DNA from: Eledone cirrhosa
Lineage: Eukaryota
Reading direction: 5' to 3'
Length of the DNA: 64,000 nucleotides
NCBI GenBank assembly: GCA_964016885.1
Contig: OZ024744.1
Location: forward strand, 102,238,001 to 102,302,000
The notes below the pieces were generated by a model, which saw nothing but the letters and a program-made list of their open reading frames with translations, searched no databases and was not told the origin of the DNA. Made by a program: the position numbers and the translations under genes. Of the stretch, positions 12,847-25,218 are shown piece by piece. Position 1 is the stretch's first letter; each line of letters begins with the position of its first letter.

Positions 12847-13206
12847 AGCAGATCCAAATATAAGTCGACACCCCAACCCCCCTATTTTATGTCTGGAAAA
12901 TGGGTAAACATCCAAATCCCATTTATAAGCCCAAGCAGCTAATCAACACATTATGTTTAGATGGTCTATATAAACTGAGCGCACCGCCATTTTACCATCA
13001 ACTTTTTTTTTTGTCACAAAATCCTTGGCTTATATTTGAGGTAACTTTGAGCATATTTACTTATCTACTTGATATTAGTGAATTCTAATACTACAATATT
13101 GTGTGTGTGTGTGTGTGTGTGTGCATGCGCGCGTGTGCATGCATGTGTGTATGTGTGTACGTATAGCCCCCACCCAAACACAGAGTGGCATTAATTATTA
13201 ACTTAC

Positions 13207-13263
13207 CTTCAAAGTGGAAGGCCATATACTTTTAATAAGCTTGTAGAATGGTTCAGGAAATTC
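13207..13263 (-). CDS. SIRT2: Sirtuin-2-like exon 6 (EFPEPFYKLIKSIWPSTLK)
   Basis: tttttacaaag acceptor, gtaagt donor, 57 bp, phase 0/0; PEPFY motif. Confidence 0.9.
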
Positions 13264-13397
13264 CTTTGTAAAAAAATATATGAATGTGCACTATAAGATA
13301 TACAAGATCTATATTTACATTACATGTAGGATTATTATTTGACGAATATCTTCTTAAATGAATTTTCTTGATAGCTACAATTCAGATATATTGGATC

Positions 13398-16144
13398 TGT
13401 AGCAACCTACATTCCGAGGGCTCATGGATACATTCTCCATACGTTGTCTGGCTCAGTTCAGCCAATCACTACCAGCGTTGGGAGATGTATCTCAACTTCT
13501 GCCCAGAGGGAAAAATTCCCACTTCTTTTCGATAAATTCTCTCTTGCAGCTCGACACCGTGAAGGTAAACATCTCTTGATTTCGTTCCTCAAGCATAGAC
13601 AATATGTAGCAACAAATATCACTACGAGTCTGGCTAACGCCTCAGCCAGTTGACCGTACCTCCTTAAGCTCTTAATTTGTCTATTCACTTCTCTTGGTAT
13701 GCCAGCTAAACCTTTAATCGGTTTGTAAATAAATTATATATTATAAACATTACAAGTCGTATGATGCTATTTTCCACAACATTGCTTTTAACATCTTCAA
13801 TGGTGACTTCTGTGATACAATACACAAATACATACATTCTCAACACATAAATAATATGTATCATCTATTAACTTCTTCCAAAATACTTATTTCTAAATTG
13901 GTGACCCCGCCGAGGGAACGAAAAGTTCCCCTAAAAAAAGATAAGAAGTAGTAGTTTTAAAAAGAGAACACGCAAGCGTTTTGGTATTGTATTGTATCAA
14001 AACCATCTAAAAACATTTCTTGTTGATTAAACATCACATGGTTCATCTTCCATGAACCCGCCTGAGAAAACATTCTTTGAAAAAAAGAAAAATTAGCTGA
14101 ATTTTAAAAAATTACAGCGAGAGGAAAAAATTATTTTCTTTCAACATGACAACATCAACAAAACTTTCAGCAGCAGCAGCACATTTGGTTAGCCACTAAC
14201 CATAAACAGGGAACAACGATGTGGCACCTTTATTGTCTTACCGACGCAACCCACCACACCTTCTCATATTGTTTACTTCTATACTTCACCTATTCTATCG
14301 TCTCTGTCATTATAACCGCTACAACTTCTCACTGTCTCGCTACAATGGTGACTCGAGAATTAAAACAACAACAACCTTCTCACTACAAATGGTGATCCGA
14401 GTTAAAACAACAGCAGCCTTCTCACCACATAATTGTGAATTCGCTTCAACGCTCGACTTCGATTCTATTGATCATTTACTGTGACTTTGCTTTGATAACA
14501 AGAACTCTACTAGCTTCCTAGTAAGAACGAGAACATTCTTATCCCAAAGAAAAGAAAAATTGAATTTTTTTTTTACAGGCAATGTTTCAACATTTATTTC
14601 TTTTAAACTGTATAATATGAACATTCATTTTTTCTATCATTGTATATATGACTGCACGCTCACATTTTCTTTGCTGTATTACATGCCTGTATATGCACAC
14701 ACATTTCTTTGTCACACACCAACATGTTGTTGTCTATAGTATATATTCTTCAAATGTCGTAATATTCTGCAAGATCCCTTTTAACCTGGTTGAGGTACCG
14801 AAACATGCTATTGACACATGCACCTTAATTCGCCTGGATTCAAACAGGACCACAACACGAGAACTGATAATCGCAGCTGGATTCAAACAGCTTCGTATCT
14901 CGTTGCACACTCATCGTCCTATAACATAAAAACCTCAATCTTGTTACTTTACCCGATTCACTGGCAAAGCATTCATGGAACTGGACCTGCCACCAGTTCC
15001 CTCTGTTTCTCCGATGGACTCACCAGAATTACGGGATTACAGCTTCAACTACTACCCACCTACAGATTCAATTTTTTGCTTTCAAAGCAACTTTAGCCAT
15101 TTATTCTGGCTGCCTAGCACTTTCGGCAATTCATATGGGAGGCTGACAATTTCTCGCCTACCCATCATCATCTTGCCAGCTCTGGTACAACACTTACCAC
15201 AACAGCTACACAGCTCTAGTACAACATTTACTATAACAGCTACACAACTCTGGTACAACACTTACCATAACAGCTACACAGCACTTAATGCAAGAACAGC
15301 AACTTTTCCCATGTCAGACTTTATCCATTTTTTGTTAGACCTCGGGTGGTCATGCATAAATAGCAAAACAGCTAGTCATTTGACACAGCGGCTCAACAAG
15401 GCCTTTAGCACCTCACTTTTCTTCTATGTCAGACTTTATCCATTTTCTGTTAGACACCGGGTAGTCACGTTTAAATAGCAAAACAGCTAGTCATTTGATA
15501 CAGCAGCTCAACAAGGCCCTTAGCGCCTCACTTTTCTTCTTGTATGCATTCTTTTCAATTTTTTCATTGATGTGCTCTCTTTCAGCGTTTTCCTGATAAT
15601 TCAATCTTATGTATAGTCTTCCAGGCTAAATAGGGCGTATTGTAGCGACCTACATTCCGAGGGTTCATGGATACATTCTCCGTACGTTGTTTGGCTCAGT
15701 TCAGCCAATCACTACCAGCGTTGGGAGATGTATCTCGACTTCCGCCCTGAAGGAAAAATTCCCCGCTTCTTTTCGATAAACTCTCTCTTGCAGCTCGACA
15801 CCGTGAAGGTAAACATCTCTTGATTTCGTTCCTCAAGCATAGACAATATGTAGCAACAAATATCACTACGAGTCTGGCTAACGCCTCAGCCAGTTGACCG
15901 TACCTCCTTAAACTCTTAATTTGTCTATTCACTTCTCTTGGTATGCCAGCTAAACCTTTGTAATCTGTTTGTAAATAAATTATATATTATAAACATTATA
16001 AAGTCGAATGATGCTATTTTCAACAACATTGCTTTTAACATCTTCAATGGTGACTTCTGTGATACAATACACAAATACATACATTCTTAACACATACATA
16101 ATATGTATCATCTATTAACTTCTTCCAAAATACTTATTTCTAAA
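13398..16144 (+). mobile_element. Non-autonomous LTR retroelement: LTRs 13398-13897 and 15641-16144, tRNA-Trp-like PBS, GATC target-site duplication
   Basis: Two about 500-bp direct repeats, about 96% identical by eye. TGGTGACCCCG at 13899-13909; GATC on both flanks; no gag/pol motifs in the 1.74-kb interior. Confidence 0.9.
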
Positions 16145-17137
16145 GATCCACTTATGAAATAGAAAACTCAATCTCATTTCCATTTATCATAATGGAAAAC
16201 AATTACAACAGTAGATGGAACAAGTGAATGTGTGCTTATAAGTTAGTTGTTATGGTTGGACAAATTTGTTTTGGATGTGATATAAGTACCAAAAATATGT
16301 AGAGATAACTAGGAATGACAAAGAATGGAAATATTATTAGTTTTTCTAGTTTATATTAAGCAAAGTTTAGACTAATTATAATTAGAATACTTAGTCCCAC
16401 CCTTGCAAGCATGGAAAAGCAGACATTAAATGATGATGATGATGATGTAACAAACTGCTGTTCACTAAAAAAAAAATACAGAGCTGTTTATTTTGAAATA
16501 TGATATCTATAATTTTTAAAGTTTTAAGAAGTTTACTATTTACATATGTTTGCATATGTTTCCAATTTCATAGCAAATTCAAGGCTTTTGAAATGTTTAT
16601 TTATAAACATACCATATATCGCCAGATATACAAATTCAAGTACTTCATATAGAAAGCTATGTTAGAGTTAATGCCCTTATTTTATTTTCCGGCCAAGCCA
16701 GCTGATAGATCTATATGTAAATGCGGCTGATCAGTCCATGTACATAGGGTTCTAAACTATGTTTTTGTCTATGTTAAGTTCCAGCAGTAAGCAGGTCAAG
16801 GAGCTCTAGCTTGATAATGACCAGAGTCAGAAATGATGACATCATTATCGCTGATTAACTATCCTTAACTTCTGCTGGAACACACAAGATGGTGCTATGC
16901 TATCAGTTTCCAAATTCATAGCTGAAGGCTTTCAAAATGTTTATTTATAAACATACCGTATATCACTAGATATACAAATTCGCATATTTCATATACAAAG
17001 CCATGTTAGAGTTAACACCCTAAAAATAAATACATTATGTCCTGAAATAAACAACATTTAAAAAAATAAATATTTGAAGAAATAATTATAAAGGAGACAA
17101 AATATGTCAAATATAAATATCACCATGTGAACATTAA

Positions 17138-17343
17138 CCCTTTAGCATTTGAACCGGGCATATCCAGCCAGAATTCTCTCACCTCTTTCTGTTCAAACTG
17201 GCTATAACTGACCACTCATACCGACGTTAAAGTATTATTTTCCAAATAAATAACATCAAGATTTGATATTATGAGATAATTATGTTAAAGTGTTTACCAT
17301 GAAAATACAATAGTATATATAGAGTAATGTAAATGCTAAAGGG
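17138..17343. mobile_element. piggyBac-type MITE copy 1
   Basis: TTAA-CCCTTTAGCATTT...AAATGCTAAAGGG-TTAA. Confidence 0.85.
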
Positions 17344-17426
17344 TTAAATATAAATGTCACTATGTGAACATTAAATAATAAACTAATCTACATTAATATG
17401 AATATTTGTAAAATTTACTGATTTAC

Positions 17427-17533
17427 CATAAAATAATTGATATCAAAAATTGCTTGTGGGTGGGGAAGATTGTATTTTTCTAAATTAGCATATAAACCCG
17501 TCACTGGTCTTCGGAAGTCAGGGATTCCAGCAG
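17427..17533 (-). CDS. SIRT2: Sirtuin-2-like exon 5 ((A)[35 protein letters not shown])
   Basis: tatttag acceptor, gtaaat donor, 107 bp, phase 1/0; GIPDFR motif; lies in ORF 17415..17612. Confidence 0.95.
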
Positions 17534-17699
17534 CTAAATAAATAAATAAAAATAAGATAAATAGAAGAAAAATAAATTGAGTTTTGAAATAAAGAATATT
17601 TTTCATGAACAATTAAAGATGGAGAATATATATTATTTCATATCTTTTAGCAATTTTTTGCAATTAGTTACAAATAGTTACACCCAGTCCACACTAAAG

Positions 17700-17961
17700 T
17701 GATCATGCAGGTATCACGACAAAAAGCACCCAGTCCACACTGTAAAGTGGTCGTGTAGGAGACATGGTAAAAAGGCTCTCAGTCCACACTGTAAATGTGG
17801 TTGGTGTTAGGAAGGGCATCCAGCTGTAGAAAACCTGCCAGATACAGTCCTATATGAGCGAGACACAGTCACCCGATCAATCTTGCCTCAACTGGGACAA
17901 TTCCTGCTAACCCATGCTAGTATGGAAGATAGTTGTTAAACAATGATGATGATGATGATGA
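17700..17961 (+). mobile_element. RTE 3'-UTR/tail fragment ending in (GAT)n
   Basis: GGAAGGGCATCCAGCTGTAG module, CCATGCTAGTATGG hairpin and GAT tail. Confidence 0.8.
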
Positions 17962-18251
17962 TGGCGGTGATGAATTCTTAAAGTCCTGTGCCACATGAAT
18001 CCACATTGGCAAGATGTTAAAATATACAAAACAACACTATGACTGCATCACATTAAAAATTGCAGTCTTTAATTTAACACTGCATATTTTCACAACAATC
18101 CCTTCAGTAATAAAGATACTATAAACATTTGAATTGACAAACCTGTTTTTATATATCTTCTAAACACTAGGCAAAAAGTTACTGGATAGCAATAACAGAG
18201 AAGAAGTATTGTGAAATTACAACTGGTTTTTGTTTAGAGACATATGTTTAA

Positions 18252-18467
18252 CCCTTTAGCATTTAAACCGACTGCATCCGGCCAGAATTCTGTCACGTCT
18301 TTGTGTTCAAATTGGCTGTAACTGGCTACTCATACTAGTGTTAAGGTATTGTTCTCAAAATAAATAATATCAAAATCTCAGATTCGATATTATGTGAGAT
18401 TAAGTGAGGTAAAGTGTCTCCCATGAAAATATAATAGTATATATAGAGTAATGTAAATGATAAAGAG
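18252..18467. mobile_element. piggyBac-type MITE copy 2
   Basis: TTAA flanks; same TIR and internal sequence as 17138. Confidence 0.82.
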
Positions 18468-18772
18468 TTAATGGTATGAACATATGATGACTGTAGATGG
18501 AAGTTAGCAAAGAAGAGGGTCATGTAATCATCATCATCATCATCTAATGACTATTACCTATGCTTACATGGGTTAGACTGGTTGTCATATTATGTAGCTA
18601 AACAGTTAAGATAACAACATCTTGCATATACAATGTTTTGGGCTTAGTTTTCTATGGCTGGATACCCTTCTTAATGCCAACCACCTTACAGGCTGCACTG
18701 GATGCTTTTTAACCAACCTTACAAGGAGGACTGGGTACTTTTTTTTTTATGTCACCAGTATGATCACTTTAA

Positions 18773-18990
18773 CCCTTTAATGTTCAAAGCGGCCAAAACC
18801 GGCCAGAATTCTCTACCTCTTTCTGTTGAAACTGGCTGTAACTGGTCGCTCAAACTGATGTTAAGGTATTGTTCTCAAAATAAATACTTTCAAAATCTCA
18901 TAGATTCGATATTATGTGAGAAATATGTGAGGTAAAGCCTTTACCATGAAAATATAATAGTATATATAGAGTAATGTGAATGCTAAAGGG
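18773..18990. mobile_element. piggyBac-type MITE copy 3
   Basis: TTAA flanks, same family. Confidence 0.82.
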
Positions 18991-19209
18991 TTAAAGAGTG
19001 GACCAGATGCTTTAGCTGTGGCTCAAACACAACCACATGTATATATTATGTATTTATAGATTGTGCATCATTGAAATCATAACTAAATATTTATATTTCA
19101 AAATATTTTATAGGTTTGTCTCTGGTTTAGAGAATTCCCAAAATATTTATTAAAAGAAATACTCAATAACAGAAATGGTAGAATGATCACAGACAAAAAT
19201 GTGACCTAC

Positions 19210-19356
19210 CTGTACATAATCCAGCTCCAGCTAATGTTATGATATTTTTACATTTACCATTTTTAATATATTGAGCTACACCTTCAATAGATAGTTCACT
19301 GAGAACTTGCTCTGAGCTGAGGCTCAAGTTTTCAAATAGGTTGCGAAGCCAAGAAC
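19210..19356 (-). CDS. SIRT2: Sirtuin-2-like exon 4 ((S)SWLRNLFENLSLSSEQVLSELSIEGVAQYIKNGKCKNIITLAGAGLCT)
   Basis: ctttttcag acceptor, gtagg donor, 147 bp, phase 1/1; SIRT2-type LRNLF and L..L.IEGVA.YI helices, GAG motif. Confidence 0.92.
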
Positions 19357-20138
19357 CTGAAAAAGGAGTTGATTAATTATTTGAACATAGCAATTAATGA
19401 AGGATGGTCAAACAATCAAATATTTAGTCAAGAGTTTAAAATTTAAATGTTATTGATTAACCCTTTTAATATCAAACAACCTGAAACTGCTCTTGCTTTT
19501 ATGATACAAAATTGCTGGTTTTAAAGTATACTCTTTTACCTGCTCCAGCCATCCGGCTGAGGCCATTTATCTTCTTTGCTCCCTTATTCCTGGGATCATT
19601 GGGAGGGGCCCTATTTCTCGACAGAGCTGTTCTGCCAGAGAATGGGTCAAAAGTGGCAGTCAGCGATAGTCACCAGATATGATGATTAGTTGCGATATAA
19701 GAGGGTTCCTGATGGACAAATAAGCAACCCTGGACCAACAGCTGTAAAGTACTAGAGGAGATGGAGCAATGGGTGGAACAGTTAGCTCCCAAGAAAACTC
19801 AGACAACTCAGTGATGTAGCTATGATGAGGCTAGTAAAGGCTGCCTATAAAAATGCCTTGCCTTCGGGGGTCTGAGAAAAATACCAAATTGGTGACTGGC
19901 ACAAATAAGACCACCAAAAGCTACAGTAGCGTTAGATACAATAAAAACATTCATACCATATCATACTTTGAGTGGGGTAACAAGGGATGTGTTCAGGCTT
20001 TTAGTAGAGGGGCCTGTTTGAAAAATATATCATAATCTCCATCTGACACTGTGAGAACTGGCGATGGGCCTGCAACATGCCCTGGGAGATGTGGTATGGA
20101 CGCTTATATTTATGAAAAAACCTTTCATCATAATTTTA

Positions 20139-20630
20139 TACTAGAAAAATCATAATAATAATGAAATTATTGTGTACAGTACTCAAGTGCACTACAACTC
20201 ATCAAAGGTGCATGTATAGTACATATAATAATATACAAATGTCAGGAAAGTGAACAGTGTATGAGCCATGATATACATGTGTGGATGTGTATGGAGGGAG
20301 GATATCAGGTGTAGTGTTGGGGAATCTCAGGAAGCATTGAGGCTTTAAAGGATGCAGTGTCTCGACAGCTAACAACTGATGCAGGTAGTTTGTTCCATGA
20401 TTCAGCAACTCTGAGCATGAAAAAATGTTTCCGAAAGTCATGGGAGCTGTGCTGTTTTCTGACTTTGTAGGCACGCCCACATATGTTAGACACATGGAAT
20501 TCAAAATGGTACTCAGGGTTGTTGTTGGCAAGATGGTTAACAATTTTGTGGGTGTTTACCAAGAAATTCTTCATGATATTCAATTATTTGAAGACGAAAT
20601 GCAGTATCTTTCATTAGAAACACGGTAACG
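20139..20630 (-). mobile_element. CR1-group LINE 3' end
   Basis: ORF 20305..20583, RKHFFMLRVAESWNKLPASVV, typical of the CR1/L2 C-terminus. Confidence 0.8.
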
Positions 20631-20650
20631 ATAAAGTTAAATTAATATTC

Positions 20651-20731
20651 TTGATACATCAGGTTTCCCTTGATACATCAGGTTTCCCTTGATACATCAG
20701 GTTTCCCTTGATACATCAGGTTTCCCTTGAT
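20651..20731. repeat. 19-bp tandem repeat (TTGATACATCAGGTTTCCC) x4
   Basis: Four perfect units. Confidence 0.95.
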
Positions 20732-20868
20732 GGTTGGAGAAAACTTGTGGCCTATGTTTCCGAGGGGACGAGGGTTCCAAGGTAAAACTGAAAAACTAAA
20801 CAGGTGGTACTGCATGTGTTCTATAGAGTTGAGGCATAACTATTGCTGGCTGAAAACCGTTTACTTAC

Positions 20869-20896
20869 TTGTACTGCCAGGATGTGGCCCATCAAC
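20869..20896 (-). CDS. SIRT2: Sirtuin-2-like micro-exon 3 (VDGPHPGST)
   Basis: tctattgtag acceptor, gtaagt donor, 28 bp; phase 0/1 exactly bridges the flanking exons. Confidence 0.65.
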
Positions 20897-22321
20897 CTAC
20901 AATAGACAAATTTCTTTCGATTCAAAATTTTGTTAAAAAAATACGTTCTGAAACAAATTTGAAAACACTATATTAACATTTTATGCCCCTATTTATATGG
21001 AAGAGATATAAAAAGTAAAATGTTTATAAATATATCTTTACCCACTTATTCCTGAGAGGGTCGTGGGGGAAGAGTCCTCAAACACTCCTACCAGAGGGTC
21101 CTGTCAGAAGCAACCATCTTCAAGCTAATCGGGTTGGATCCCCAAGAGAGAGACCAACCAAGCTCATTGATGTTATCCAACCATCTTGCTCCAGGTCTAC
21201 CCCTGCGTCTCTTGACATTCTAACCACATGCCCATAGTATCGGAGCTGTAATCTCTCAATTCAGAGAAGTGGCGAGTCTTTGATCTTCAAGCTACACGCT
21301 ATAATGTAATGTTACTCCAAAGACTCTACAGGAGGAACCCCATTTCAGCCGCTTATAATTCTTGAATTAAATTCAGTAGAGACATGACCAATGATCATGC
21401 TAGTAGGAGAAAAGACAGTTTATCAGAAATTTACATTTTGAAAGAATCAGATGCAAAGCGATTTAATTATTGCACTTCATTATATAAACAAACGTATTAC
21501 AAATAACACATGGGAGAGAACTCCGATAATTTACTCAACAAAAACATGGGTGAGTATTGTAATTATTCTCGAGTCCCAAGTACCAGAGGGAAGGGGACTA
21601 AGCAGGGCATGTGGAATATTTTAATTTTCTTTAGACGTTAAAAAACATTATACATGGCAATAAAGTACATTACTAGAAATCCTATATGCTATAAAATACA
21701 TTGGATGGGTTGGGAACTCAATAATTCTGGTTTTTAAAAAATATCAACTGAGACAACCTAGAAAAATTAAGCAGATCCGAATATAACCCCTACCTCACAT
21801 ATTTTATGTTTGTGAAATAGGCAAAAATCCAATCCCCATTTATAAGACAAGGCAGCTAGACTAATCAACCCATTTTTTAGATGGCGTATATAAGCCAACC
21901 CCCATCACCACCATTTTACTATCGATTTTATGGTCACATATTCCTCAACTTACATTCAAGTATATACGGTAGATGGTAGAAGAGAGCTATGAATACCGAG
22001 AGATAATGGGAAAAGATGAAATCTCAAAAGCAGGAGAACTAAAATAATGTTAAAGAAATGATTTTTTACAATCTAATTGCAATGATTACAGACAGATCTT
22101 TAGAAAAAAAATAACTGTATTTATAGTACAGATAATGTTTAGTTATTATATATATATATATATATATATACATATATATACACACACACGTGTGAGTATG
22201 TGTGTATATATATACATATGTGTATATGTTTACATATGTGTGTGTGTGTGTGTATATACATATGTGTATATATATATATATATATAAATGTGCATGTGTA
22301 TATATACATACATATGTATAC

Positions 22322-22650
22322 ATGATGGCTGCAACTTGATTTCGAGTAATGCCATTGCTTGATACTTAAGAATGGGCATCACAGACGTGGCTTTTTAGTC
22401 CAGCTAGGGACTTGCCTATGGCCAGCAATACCATGCATCGCAAATAATGTCATATCAAGCAATGCCTGTGCTTGAAGCTTTTTTAAGTGATGAATGGCTT
22501 TACACACGGCCAATCCCACTCTCTGAACAGTGGATGCCTTTACCCAAAAAGAAGAACTGGTCTACATATTGAATACAAATGAAGTCGCAGGTTTTATACC
22601 AAAGTGACGACTTCAAGAGAGATGTCTTAATAAAGACTAGGGGTCTCTCG
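22322..22650 (-). mobile_element. RTE (BovB-like) LINE 3' fragment
   Basis: 3' end ...GCAGCCATC similar to the copy ending at 48398; decayed RPLVxLRHL...WPxASPxLD coding remnant. Confidence 0.6.
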
Positions 22651-23244
22651 CTCCACAAAAAAAAAAAAAAAAAATGAAAAAAATATGAAACAACATGGAA
22701 GATAAAGTCTCTCTGACATGTCTAGCATAACAACCTGTCCAACCCATACCAGCATGGATAGGGAACACACACACACTCACACACTAGTTTGAGTCCCATC
22801 AGTGAACCTGATTCTTTTTTCTGTCTCAAACTAGTGCTTATAATATCCAATGGATGCATGGCCCCATGACTCCTAAGGGTGTCGTAGAGGCACCATATAG
22901 ACATATGCATTTCTAGGGCATTTTAAAACCTGACGGAGCCCATCCCCCTCACCAGGTCTGAATACAGTAGATTTCTTCCAGAGAATGATAGAGAGCTTGA
23001 GAGAATGGAAGAAAGAGATAGAGAGGAATAATTGACCCCAGAACTAGACTGGTACTTATTTTATCGACCTTGAATAGATGAAAGGCAAAGTTGCTCTCAG
23101 TGGAATTTGAACTCAGAGTGCCAAAATGAATACTGCAAAGCATTCTATTCGACGGTCCAACAACTGCCAATTCGCTGCCTTCACAATATCCAATAGCATG
23201 TTTGAATATGTTTATATCTATAAAATTTACTCTAACATCATTAA

Positions 23245-23457
23245 CCCTTTAGCATTTAAACCGGTCATATCCAGCCAGAGTTCTTTCACCTCTTTCTGTT
23301 CAAACTGGCCACTCATACTGACGTTAAGGTATTACTCTCAAAATAAATAATATCAAAATTTCATAGATTTGATATTATGTGAGATAATTATGTGAGGTAA
23401 AGCCTTTACCATGAAAATATATAATAGTAAATATACAGTAATGTAAATGGTAAATGG
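23245..23457. mobile_element. piggyBac-type MITE copy 4
   Basis: TTAA flanks, same family. Confidence 0.82.
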
Positions 23458-23813
23458 TTAAATAAGTTCACATCTAAAATTTACTGCAACATCATTAAAC
23501 AGAACAAACATTTATTGTATCTTCTAAAAAAGCAATTTTGTTACACCACTGCTAATTTCTTAGACTCCATTCAAAACATTATACCTAATTTTCTTTAATA
23601 GGACAACATGCACTACAACAAAATCCACTGCATATTATTTTCCTTTGAGACTTAATCTAAAGAAAGCAATTAACCCATTTGAGTAAATCCTTCAAAATTC
23701 TGCATTAATTAATTGAAAGCGAGTATAGTCCATTGTAAATACAGTAATGAAAGGGTTAATCATAAATCTTAATACTATATCTTCAGAAGTATCATACAAG
23801 TCATTGTACTTAC

Positions 23814-23854
23814 ATTTCCTGTGTTCTCAACATTTGGTTCATCTCTATTATCAC
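23814..23854 (-). CDS. SIRT2: Sirtuin-2-like exon 2 ((S)DNRDEPNVENTGN)
   Basis: Long T tract + attag acceptor, gtaagt donor, 41 bp, phase 1/0; acidic N-terminal tail. Confidence 0.65.
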
Positions 23855-23980
23855 CTAATTGTAAAAAAAAAAAAAAAGAAAAAATTGAAAACTGCATAAT
23901 AAGCACCAGATAAGCCCTTTTGGTATCAACCCACCCAAAACTACTACTGATTCTATAAAAACAAAAAAACAACATTTTAA

Positions 23981-24186
23981 CCCATTTACATTTAAACAGT
24001 CTATATCTGGCCAGAATTCTCTCACCTCTTTCTGTTCAAATCGGCTGTAACTGGCCACTCATACTGATGTTAAGGTATTGTTCACAAAATAAATAATATC
24101 AAAATCTCAGATTCAATATTATGTGAGGTAAAGCCTTTACTGTGAAAATACAATAGTATATATAGAGTAATGTGAATGCTAAAGGG
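23981..24186. mobile_element. piggyBac-type MITE copy 5
   Basis: TTAA flanks, same family. Confidence 0.82.
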
Positions 24187-24330
24187 TTAAATGAGTTCCT
24201 ATTTAAATTAAAACTTCCCACTGTAAGGTGTAGTAGTTTACTTAAAGCTTTGTATAAAGTCTAGAAAATGGTGTGTTTTATTATTAGAAGGCGACAGCAA
24301 TGGAAATAGGACAATAAGTGTTTAAAATAA

Positions 24331-24548
24331 TGATTTCTACAATAGGCACAAGGCCAGCAATTTGGGAAGAGGGGAAAGTCTAATAAAATCAACCCTAGCG
24401 CATTACTGGTGCTTTATTTTATCCACCCTGTAAGGATGAAAGGCAAAGTTAACCTCGGCAGGATTTGAACTCAGACTGCAAAGGGACGTAACTATATGCT
24501 GCAAAGCATGGTGTCCGACACTCTACCTATACTACCAATCCACCGCCA
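24331..24548 (-). mobile_element. SINE family 2 copy
   Basis: Reverse complement of GGCGGTGGATTGG...GAGTTCAAATCC...GCCTTTCATCCTTAC...TTGTGCCT; another diverged copy at about 22985-23182. Confidence 0.8.
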
Positions 24549-25218
24549 AAGATGTTGATATCTTGTGTCATTCTTATGCTGTCATTTTTAAAGAAATCTG
24601 CTCCAAATTAGTTTCCTCAACTGTTCTTTTGATAAATGGATTTTATTAAAAATTATTAAGGACTATTAAACAACTCCAAGGTTTCATCCCAACTCACGCC
24701 AACATTTTTGTTATTTTTTTTTTAACGCAATGACCTATTTGCATTGCTGTATATTTCTAATAAAACACATTTTCCAACATAATTTTATATAAGAACATTT
24801 CATTATGTTACAAATACCATCATACTGAAATGATTTTAGTAAATCCTTCTGAAATTCTTCATTCATTAATTAAAGTATTTCATTAGGAAAAACAATAACG
24901 AAATGGTTAAGATCATATAGATTAGCAAATTAACAAAATATACCTGCAATTTACAAAGTACAGCTGTTTCTGAAAATTATTCTTTAACCATACTCACTCC
25001 TCAGTTTACTGACCTGCCTGGAACAATACATCGGTCTATTTACAATAAAAAAAACATCCCAGAAAGCAAAGCAATCCAAATATACATACACATATATATA
25101 TATATAAATAAGTTGCAATGTACATCTGTGAAGATGGCAGACTCCTAGTTCTGCCGTCATACCTTAAGTCAGTCTGTGACACACTAATAGTACACATAAA
25201 GCAATTGATGCTCTCAAT

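Noticed and set aside
13458-15932. Duplicated 76-78 aa ORFs MNRQIKSLRRYG...
   Set aside because: Antisense frames within the two LTRs; duplication is explained by the LTRs and no protein motif is recognised
16558-17021. About 120-bp diverged direct repeat (16558-16677 / 16906-17021)
   Set aside because: No LTR termini, PBS or TSD; probably a local duplication
24944-24969. Possible extra 26-bp sirtuin exon (ttttcag...gtatat)
   Set aside because: Phase incompatible with the neighbouring exons, and the donor is weak
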